In this document: in pieces, positions 26,825-32,000 of the stretch | How positions within the stretch are numbered: position 1 is the first letter of the stretch | Layout of the letters: every line of letters starts with the position of its first letter | NCBI RefSeq assembly: GCF_000009705.1 | Contig: NC_003273.1 | Span: forward strand, 23,415 to 55,414 | Origin: Nostoc sp. PCC 7120 = FACHB-418 | GTDB lineage: Bacteria; Cyanobacteriota; Cyanobacteriia; Cyanobacteriales; Nostocaceae | Direction: 5' to 3' | Length of the DNA stretch: 32,000 nucleotides | Notes under the pieces: generated by a model | The model's database searches: none | Told to the model about the DNA's origin: nothing | Seen by the model: only the letters and a program-made list of their open reading frames with translations | Translations under genes and position numbers: made by a program

Positions 26825-26900
26825 TGGTAGCCCTGACAGGATTTGAACCCGCTACATCCTCTTTGTAAGAGAGGCACTCTACCAATTGAGTTACAGGGCT
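26825..26900 (-). tRNA. tRNA-Val(UAC), CCA encoded
   Basis: Acceptor AGCCCTG/CAGGGCT. Anticodon arm CCTCT-CTTACAA-AGAGG. Ends in ACCA. Confidence 0.9.
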
Positions 26901-26905
26901 AAAAG

Positions 26906-26976
26906 AGCGATCGACGAGACTCGAACTCGTACCGTGAGTTTGGAAGACTCTGATGCTGCCGTTACACCACGATCGC
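26906..26976 (-). tRNA. tRNA-Gly(UCC)
   Basis: Acceptor GCGATCG/CGATCGC (a HIP1 palindrome). Anticodon loop CTTCCAA. U73. Confidence 0.85.
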
Positions 26977-26984
26977 ATTATTCA

Positions 26985-27056
26985 AGCTGGTGACAGGAGT
27001 TGAACCCGCAACCGATCGCTTACAAGGCGATTGCTCTGCCGTTGAGCCACACCAGC
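26985..27056 (-). tRNA. tRNA-Thr(UGU)
   Basis: Acceptor GCTGGTG/CACCAGC. Anticodon arm ATCGC-CTTGTAA-GCGAT. Confidence 0.9.
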
Positions 27057-27059
27057 ATT

Positions 27060-27137
27060 TGGTAGCGGAGCCGGGATTTGAACCCGGTACGTGAAGGCTT
27101 ATGAGACCCCAGAGCGCACCATAGCTCTATCTCCGCG
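27060..27137 (-). tRNA. tRNA-Met(CAU), initiator-like acceptor, CCA encoded
   Basis: The 5' CGCGG start gives a C1-U72 mismatch, then A73 and CCA. Anticodon loop CTCATAA. Extra nucleotides at the 8-9 or variable region. Confidence 0.65.
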
Positions 27138-27139
27138 AG

Positions 27140-27213
27140 TACCCCTGACAGGATTTGAACCTGTAGAAAACCCGTTTTAAGCAGGTCATGTCTGCCAATT
27201 GCATCACAGGGGT
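27140..27213 (-). tRNA. tRNA with Leu anticodon UAA but a short variable arm
   Basis: Acceptor ACCCCTG/CAGGGGT, A73. Leu-like D region TGATGCAATTGGCAGACAT. Anticodon arm ACCTG-CTTAAAA-CGGGT. Only a 5-nt variable loop. Confidence 0.7.
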
Positions 27214-27219
27214 AAAATT

Positions 27220-27295
27220 TGGTGGGGTATACAGGAGTCGAACCTGTCTAAGTCGGATTAAAAGTCCGATGCACTTGCCGCTATGCCAATACCCC
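27220..27295 (-). tRNA. tRNA-Lys(UUU), CCA encoded
   Basis: Acceptor GGGGTAT/ATACCCC. Anticodon arm TCGGA-CTTTTAA-TCCGA. Confidence 0.9.
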
Positions 27296-27336
27296 ATACA
27301 CAAGGGCGTTATTTATCCGCTCTGCCAACGACCCAA
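27296..27336 (-). pseudogene. possible tRNA 5'-half remnant
   Basis: GGGTCGTTGGCAGAGCGGATAAAT... has an acceptor/D-arm-like start but no T arm or 3' acceptor strand. Confidence 0.2.
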
Positions 27337-27337
27337 T

Positions 27338-27415
27338 TGGTACTCCCGACAGGAGTTGAAAGAGTAAAAATTTCGTCCCTCAAACGGAAGCGTTTACCAA
27401 TTTCGCCACGGGAGC
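27338..27415 (-). tRNA. tRNA-like, Leu anticodon GAG, short variable arm, disrupted T stem (probable pseudogene)
   Basis: Acceptor GCTCCCG/CGGGAGT, then A and CCA. Anticodon loop TTGAGGG. The 5' T-stem strand ACTCT cannot pair with CCTGT. Confidence 0.45.
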
Positions 27416-27435
27416 ATAGTTAGGCAATTGCCCAG

Positions 27436-27509
27436 TACCCTTGACAGGAGTTGAACCTGCAACAAACCCGGTCTAAGCGGGCTACGTCTGCCAATTGCGT
27501 CACAAGGGC
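27436..27509 (-). tRNA. tRNA with Leu anticodon UAG but a short variable arm
   Basis: Paralogue of 27140-27213. Acceptor GCCCTTG/CAAGGGT, A73. Anticodon arm GCCCG-CTTAGAC-CGGGT. 5-nt variable loop. Confidence 0.7.
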
Positions 27510-27512
27510 AAA

Positions 27513-27589
27513 TGGTCGGGATGGTAGGATTTGAACCTACGACTCCTTGTCCCCAAAACAAGGCTTCTAGACCACTGAATTACATCCCG
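27513..27589 (-). tRNA. tRNA-Pro(UGG), CCA encoded
   Basis: Acceptor CGGGATG/CATCCCG. Anticodon arm CTTGT-TTTGGGG-ACAAG (G37). Confidence 0.9.
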
Positions 27590-27597
27590 ATATTACT

Positions 27598-27675
27598 TGG
27601 TACTCCTGATGGGATTTGAACCCATACACAGACTGTTTTTGAAACAGCCGCCTCTGCCAATTGGGCTACAGGAGT
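27598..27675 (-). tRNA. tRNA with Leu anticodon CAA but a short variable arm, CCA encoded
   Basis: Acceptor ACTCCTG/CAGGAGT, A73. D region GCCCAATTGGCAGAGGC. Anticodon arm GCTGT-TTCAAAA-ACAGT. 5-6 nt variable loop. Confidence 0.7.
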
Positions 27676-27703
27676 ATAATTTGTCTGCTTTATCAAAGCA
27701 GAA

Positions 27704-27778
27704 CTGGGAAGGCAGGAATCGAACCCGCGAGATCCTGAGCCAAAATCAGGTGGCTTTGCCAACGTCGCCTACTTCCCA
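27704..27778 (-). tRNA. tRNA-Gln(UUG)
   Basis: U1:A72 and G73. Anticodon arm CCTGA-TTTTGGC-TCAGG. Confidence 0.85.
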
Positions 27779-27783
27779 ATAAA

Positions 27784-27860
27784 TGGCTGCCGAGGTAGGG
27801 TTTGAACCTACAAACTCCTGTTTCAGAGACAGGTGACTCTACCAATTCGTCTACTCGGCA
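27784..27860 (-). tRNA. tRNA-Gln(CUG), CCA encoded
   Basis: U1:A72 and G73. Anticodon arm CCTGT-CTCTGAA-ACAGG. Confidence 0.85.
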
Positions 27861-27865
27861 ATTAA

Positions 27866-27940
<75 letters not shown>

Positions 27941-27949
27941 ATGTGCCAG

Positions 27950-28023
27950 TCCCCCAGATCCGGATTGAACGGATGACCTCCTGTTCTTCAAACAGGCGCT
28001 ACTACCAACTGAGCTACCAGGGG
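27950..28023 (-). tRNA. tRNA-Phe(GAA)
   Basis: Anticodon arm CCTGT-TTGAAGA-ACAGG. T arm ATCCG-TTCAATC-CGGAT. A73. Confidence 0.9.
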
Positions 28024-28028
28024 ATAGG

Positions 28029-28102
28029 CGAGAACGGAGGGACTTGAACCCCCAACCTTCAGGTTCGTAATCTGAGATGCAATCCAGTTACACCACGTTC
28101 TC
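28029..28102 (-). tRNA. tRNA-Arg(ACG)
   Basis: Acceptor GAGAACG/CGTTCTC. Anticodon loop TTACGAA. 3' flank is CCT. Confidence 0.85.
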
Positions 28103-28108
28103 ATAAGG

Positions 28109-28196
28109 CGGAGAGAGAGGGAGTTGAACCCACAGTGAGATGATGAATCTCACGACTGTTTAGCAAACAGCTTGCCCTGCCAATAGCAATCTCTCC
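28109..28196 (-). tRNA. tRNA-Ser(GCU)
   Basis: Acceptor GGAGAGA/TCTCTCC. Anticodon arm GCTGT-TTGCTAA-ACAGT. Long variable arm CGTGAGATTCATCATCTCACTG. Confidence 0.85.
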
Positions 28197-28200
28197 ATAA

Positions 28201-28285
28201 TGGGCCGAGTAGGATTTGAACCTACGAAGCACAGAGGCATCCGTTTTACAGACGGCTTCCTTCAACCGGACTTGGATACCGACCC
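28201..28285 (-). tRNA. tRNA-Tyr(GUA)
   Basis: Anticodon loop CTGTAAA. Long variable arm. T arm GTAGG-TTCAAAT-CCTAC. A73. Confidence 0.85.
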
Positions 28286-28324
28286 AAATCAATGTCCACT
28301 TGATAGAAATACATCTACAAGGGA

Positions 28325-28405
28325 TGGAGTGAAGGGGAATCGAACCCCTATCCAGCAAGCGTCCGTTTGTTGGTTTCGTTGCTGTCGATCACCATTCGTC
28401 ACCCC
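28325..28405 (-). tRNA. tRNA-like gene of undetermined identity (canonical acceptor/T arm, aberrant core)
   Basis: Acceptor GGGGTGA/TCACTCC with G3:U70 and A73. T arm AGGGG-TTCGATT-CCCCT. The centre folds as a shifted D hairpin plus an about 10-bp extended arm with loop AACAAAC. Confidence 0.4.
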
Positions 28406-28411
28406 ATGAGG

Positions 28412-28485
28412 CAGTGCAGACGGGACTCGAACCCGCTAATTACACGCTTGAAAGACGTGCCGCTCGACCACTTCGCTTCTGCACC
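28412..28485 (-). tRNA. tRNA-Glu(UUC)
   Basis: Acceptor GGTGCAG/CTGCACT. Anticodon arm CACGT-CTTTCAA-GCGTG. 3' flank is CCT. Confidence 0.8.
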
Positions 28486-28515
28486 ATGTATGCCGTGTAA
28501 GTTGAAAAGCTGTTG

Positions 28516-28586
<71 letters not shown>

Positions 28587-28591
28587 ACATT

Positions 28592-28669
28592 TGGAAGCCT
28601 CGACGGGAGTTGCACCCGCTCCTCCGTGCTTGAGAGGCACAGCGACTTATCTTATTTGTCCACAAGGCT
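28592..28669 (-). tRNA. tRNA-like, anticodon CUC (Glu), atypical D and T loops, CCA encoded
   Basis: Acceptor AGCCTTG/CGAGGCT, then T and CCA. Anticodon arm TGTGC-CTCTCAA-GCACG. The D loop lacks GG and the T loop is TGCAACT instead of TTC. Confidence 0.5.
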
Positions 28670-28672
28670 ACA

Positions 28673-28749
28673 CGGGGATGATGGGATTTGAACCCACGGT
28701 ATGAAAGCTCGACAGGCGACTGCTTTAAACCGGACTAAGCTACACCCCC
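28673..28749 (-). tRNA. tRNA-Asp(GUC)-like with weak anticodon stem
   Basis: Acceptor GGGGGTG/CATCCCC, G73. D arm GCTT/AAGC. Anticodon loop CTGTCGA. The anticodon stem has only 2-3 pairs. Confidence 0.55.
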
Positions 28750-28835
28750 ACGTTGGGTGGCAATTATTTAGTTTTCATGGTTCTGAGGTGTTTGCTCTAT
28801 GCCTTGTTGAGAGGCTGTAGTGCTTCACTACATAT

Positions 28836-28864
28836 ATACTACATAATGTATTACAAGGTGTCAA
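28836..28864 (-). promoter_or_regulatory. candidate sigma70-type promoter for the tRNA array
   Basis: On the minus strand: TTGACA (28864-28859), a 17-nt spacer, then TAGTAT (28841-28836). It lies about 90 nt upstream of the first tRNA. Confidence 0.4.
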
Positions 28865-28951
28865 GGGCATACTACAAAGTTTTTTTTGAGAAGTGAGAGG
28901 ACAGTGTGATTTAATCGCGGTATTGCCCTCTCTGATTGAGTTTGAAGTCAA

Positions 28952-29488
28952 TTACTCAGATTCACTCAGGCGTTGTGCGTTCCAGAATTGTTCAGCAAAT
29001 GCAACTGCTGGGTGAATCGGGGCTTTGGGCCTGTTTTTCAGTACCATTCCCGCTTCATGCGGCAAGCGATCGCTCTTGGTTGAGTTGCATTTTTCACACG
29101 CTGTGACAACGTTGTCCCAGGTATGCTGTCCACCCTTTGAGCGGGGAATTACATGGTCAAGCGTTAAATGCTTGGTGCTACCGCAGTATTGACAGGTGTG
29201 ATTGTCTCGTCTCAAAACTTCACGACGGTTTACAGGCGGTACTTTCCAATGACGTTCGGGATTGCCAACGGTTAAGCGGATGTGTTCAGGTACTTGTAGT
29301 ACAACACTGGGAGAACGTACTTCCCACTGTTTTGTAGTACCAAAATTCAACGATTCAGCCTGACCCGTGACTAACAGCACGATTGCTCGTTTGATATTGA
29401 TGCGTGCTAATGGTAAGTAGTTTTTGGAGAATACTACGACTGAATTTTGTAGTATTTGGGATTGCTGAAAAGGTGGTTGAGCTTCCAT
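28952..29488 (-). CDS. HNH endonuclease (178 aa, McrA-like)
   Basis: HTCQYCGSTKHLTLDHVIPRSKGGQHTWDNVVTACEKCNSTK. Confidence 0.85.
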   Translation of the reverse strand: MEAQPPFQQSQILQNSVVVFSKNYLPLARINIKRAIVLLVTGQAESLNFGTTKQWEVRSPSVVLQVPEHIRLTVGNPERHWKVPPVNRREVLRRDNHTCQYCGSTKHLTLDHVIPRSKGGQHTWDNVVTACEKCNSTKSDRLPHEAGMVLKNRPKAPIHPAVAFAEQFWNAQRLSESE

Positions 29489-29504
29489 CAGTTAATTAAC
29501 TCCT

Positions 29505-29543
29505 AAAAAATAACCCCCGCCTCTGGTGAAAAGAAGCGGGGGT
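29505..29543 (-). terminator. intrinsic terminator
   Basis: ACCCCCGC/GCGGGGGT 8-bp stem followed on the minus strand by TATTTTTT. Confidence 0.6.
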
Positions 29544-29565
29544 CAGTTAGTTGATACTCTCTGCA

Positions 29566-29784
29566 CTATGTTGGTGCTATGAGACATTTGCACCTCCCGC
29601 TAAGGATAAGTTGATCTCGATTCAGCCAAGAGGCTAACGCTCCAAAAATGCCAACACTTATAGATTTCTCGCCAATGAACAGATACATTCCCTCAAACGC
29701 AAACAGCGCGATTGCTCTGCCTAAATCCCGATAGGGTTGGCAATGCACCGCGTTATTAATGCTTGAAGATAACTTGCTGATCAT
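29566..29784 (-). CDS. hypothetical small hydrophobic protein (72 aa)
   Basis: ATG ORF ending 23 nt before the minus-strand terminator. Confidence 0.3.
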   Translation of the reverse strand: MISKLSSSINNAVHCQPYRDLGRAIALFAFEGMYLFIGEKSISVGIFGALASWLNRDQLILSGRCKCLIAPT

Positions 29785-30168
29785 GGAACTTTGTAGTATT
29801 TGTAATTAAGATACTTTTAATAATACATCTTGTATTATATGTTTGTCTACTACAGATTTTAGAAGATATAAAAGGGCAACAAATTTTCCGAAATAGTAAA
29901 GCTTGGGGTGCAGTAAATATCAGAGTGCTGAATTATAAATAAGTTCTATAAATAACTAGGGGAATATAACCCCATTAAAGCCCAGTCATAAAAGCTGGGT
30001 TTTTGAGTGTGAGAGCGATCGCCACCCTTGAGCAGATAGAAAAATGCTTTCAAAAAGTCGAAAGTAAGAAACGTCTTGACTTAATTTCTTAGTTTGATGG
30101 TTACAGCCTGCGTATATCAATGCTTCTGGTCGCCACTGTTGTTCACCTTTGTTGCAAGGTCGGGGCTA

Positions 30169-30825
30169 TTAACAGTAGAGACTACACGATTTATCAATTT
30201 GGTGTAATGCCCTAGACGGTTTCTGTGATTGGGTTTTAGGGTTGGTCTTCACCCGAAAATTTGCCCAGATAATCAAGCCATGAATTTGGCAGTCCAAATC
30301 TTGTAGCCATGCAGCTAATTCATGATTGCTGTTATATAACAAGGTATAGTCTTGGTTATCTTGAACGAAAGTTAAACCAGTTTGTGAATTTTCGATGCGC
30401 GTTTCAAGATGGCGGTTAAAACGTTCATCTAATAATTTCAGTAACCGTGTTACATGAGCTTGTCCTACTTTTAAACTTAATATACTGGCATTTTCCCGTT
30501 GCATGATTTGCTCAAACTGAGCTGTGTTACTAAATGTTCGCCGTCCGAGAGTACCTTGAGTTGGTAAAAAAAGTGCCGCCAACCCATCCTTCAAATCCTG
30601 CTGGTTGAGGGCAAAATAATTCCAATCACCATAAGCGTACTGAATTAATATACCGTTACGACTGGGTAACACCAGCCTGGAATGCCAACCGTAGTCTGTG
30701 ACATAAATCGTGATCGCCTCGACAGGAGCGGTCGGGGGTACGATGCTTGTGGGAGATAACATCCAGACTAACAAGATAGAGGCAATTATCAGTGAAGCTA
30801 ATTTTGCAGTGCGGTATAAACCCAT
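30169..30825 (-). CDS. DUF2459-like (TIGR02117-like) protein with N-terminal anchor
   Basis: Signal/anchor segment, then IYVTDYGWHSRLVLP ... YAYGDWNYF, reminiscent of the GWH(T/S)xxxLP ... GWGD pattern. Confidence 0.5.
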   Translation of the reverse strand: MGLYRTAKLASLIIASILLVWMLSPTSIVPPTAPVEAITIYVTDYGWHSRLVLPSRNGILIQYAYGDWNYFALNQQDLKDGLAALFLPTQGTLGRRTFSNTAQFEQIMQRENASILSLKVGQAHVTRLLKLLDERFNRHLETRIENSQTGLTFVQDNQDYTLLYNSNHELAAWLQDLDCQIHGLIIWANFRVKTNPKTQSQKPSRALHQIDKSCSLYC

Positions 30826-31131
30826 AGCTAATATTAAATTCTGATAATTAGTAACCTGTCAAAGAATACAGGGAGTACGGACTCGGAAGTAGGGTAATGG
30901 GGAGATATCGACAATTAGCAGTGTCAGTTAGATTGTTGACGCTAACAACGCCAGCTAACTACCGCAGTGCATCGGACTGAGCAAGGAAGTTGCTCAGTTG
31001 CGGTTATCAATAGCAGACATTACACGAAATGGCTCAATTGTGGAATAGTTATTTCCTAGCGTGGCAAAACTTACTAGAGCGCGCGGAAATCCTGTAATCT
31101 TGACCTTGTAGCGAAATAATGGCGCAAAAAC

Positions 31132-31920
31132 TTGGCAAGAAAAAGTTTAAAACCAGAGGCAACATCGTTTGAAGTACTTGATTGTGTTCAAAAAAAATGC
31201 CCATCGTGCGGTCAAGCAATGTGGAATGAATACAATAATCCTCGACATATAAGAACGTTAAATGGGGTAGTAGAACTACAGCTAAAAATTCGGCGATGTC
31301 AAAATAAGTCATGTATGCGGTATAAAAAAGCATATCGACCAGAGCAAGAAGGGTCACTCGCTCTACCACAGAACGAATTTGGTTTGGATGTAATTGCTTA
31401 TATAGGAGCATTACGCTATCAAGAACATAGAAGTGTTCCACAAATACACACTCACCTTGAATTAAAGGGTATATGTATCAGTCAACGAACGGTCACGCAC
31501 CTAATTGACAGATATGACGAGTTACTTTCTTTATGGCTAAAAGACCATAAAAGGTTAAAAACAATAGTGGCTAATCAAGGACGGGTGATATTAGCCATTG
31601 ATGGGATGCAGCCAGAAATTGGACATGAGGTATTATGGGTAATTCGAGATTGCTTATCAGGAGAAATCTTACTAGCTAAAACCTTATTATCATCAAGAAA
31701 TGAAGATTTAGTGGCGTTATTATTAGAAGTAACTAATACTTTGGATGTACCAATTGATGGAGTTGTTAGTGATGGGCAACAATCAATTCGCAAAGCTGTT
31801 AGGTTAGCATTACCTAGAATTGCTCACGGTTTATGTCATTACCATTACCTGAAGGAAGCAATTAAACCCATATATGAGGCGGATAGACATGCTCTCAAAG
31901 GAATTAAAGAAAAAAGTTAG
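31132..31920 (+). CDS. zinc-finger DDE transposase, interrupted at an A-run and continuing off-window
   Basis: N-terminal CPSCG...RRCQNKSC. DDE-like ILAIDGMQP and VVSDGQQSIRKAV. A stop follows GAAAAAAG, and the reading continues in another frame (LRGLRDIERSV...). Confidence 0.6.
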   Translation: MARKSLKPEATSFEVLDCVQKKCPSCGQAMWNEYNNPRHIRTLNGVVELQLKIRRCQNKSCMRYKKAYRPEQEGSLALPQNEFGLDVIAYIGALRYQEHRSVPQIHTHLELKGICISQRTVTHLIDRYDELLSLWLKDHKRLKTIVANQGRVILAIDGMQPEIGHEVLWVIRDCLSGEILLAKTLLSSRNEDLVALLLEVTNTLDVPIDGVVSDGQQSIRKAVRLALPRIAHGLCHYHYLKEAIKPIYEADRHALKGIKEKS

Positions 31921-32000
31921 AGGATTACGAGACATTGAACGTAGTGTTACCAATGAAACTCAGGAAATGGCAACTATTATCGAAGATTATTGCTCGGCAG

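Noticed and set aside
31049-31441. 130-aa minus-strand ORF overlapping the transposase start
   Set aside because: It lies opposite a transposase with recognisable zinc-finger and DDE context, and it has no motif of its own.

Overview
This window looks like a cyanobacterial, probably Nostocales, accessory or plasmid-like region. Supporting signs are several HIP1 GCGATCGC palindromes, a PEP-CTERM protein, a WD40 protein and a group II intron. It falls into four parts. (1) 1-10.9 kb holds ordinary mixed cargo: two NarL/LuxR response regulators, a HEAT-repeat protein, small HNH nucleases, a DUF1295-like membrane protein, a Coq4-like protein, a PEP-CTERM protein and a WD40 protein. (2) 10.9-20.7 kb is a visibly AT-richer island that starts at a tyrosine recombinase. 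It carries two divergent, translationally coupled operons, each built around a different HNH nuclease. Around them sit a short DUF262 protein, a wHTH protein and many unknown small proteins, and junction sequences are duplicated between neighbouring cassettes. I read this as a candidate novel defence locus. (3) 20.75-24.77 kb is a three-level nested mobile element: an IS982-family transposase gene split by a MITE-like element with about 165-bp repeat-laden arms, whose own terminus is split by a complete group II intron (RT/maturase/HNH ORF, domain V visible). (4) 24.9-29.5 kb holds parA plus a repeat-rich RHH-like partner. Next to it is a 2.25-kb minus-strand array of 26 tightly packed tRNA-like genes (anticodons parsed by hand), lying downstream of an HNH endonuclease gene. 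About 19 of these fold canonically. The rest are unusual: four Leu-anticodon tRNAs lack the long variable arm, one tRNA-like gene has an extended anticodon arm, some stems are broken, and there is an initiator-like Met. No Ile, Cys or Trp tRNA was recognised. The window ends in a zinc-finger DDE transposase interrupted at an A-run. No rRNA genes or CRISPR arrays were seen. All calls rest on manual reading only; no searches were run.
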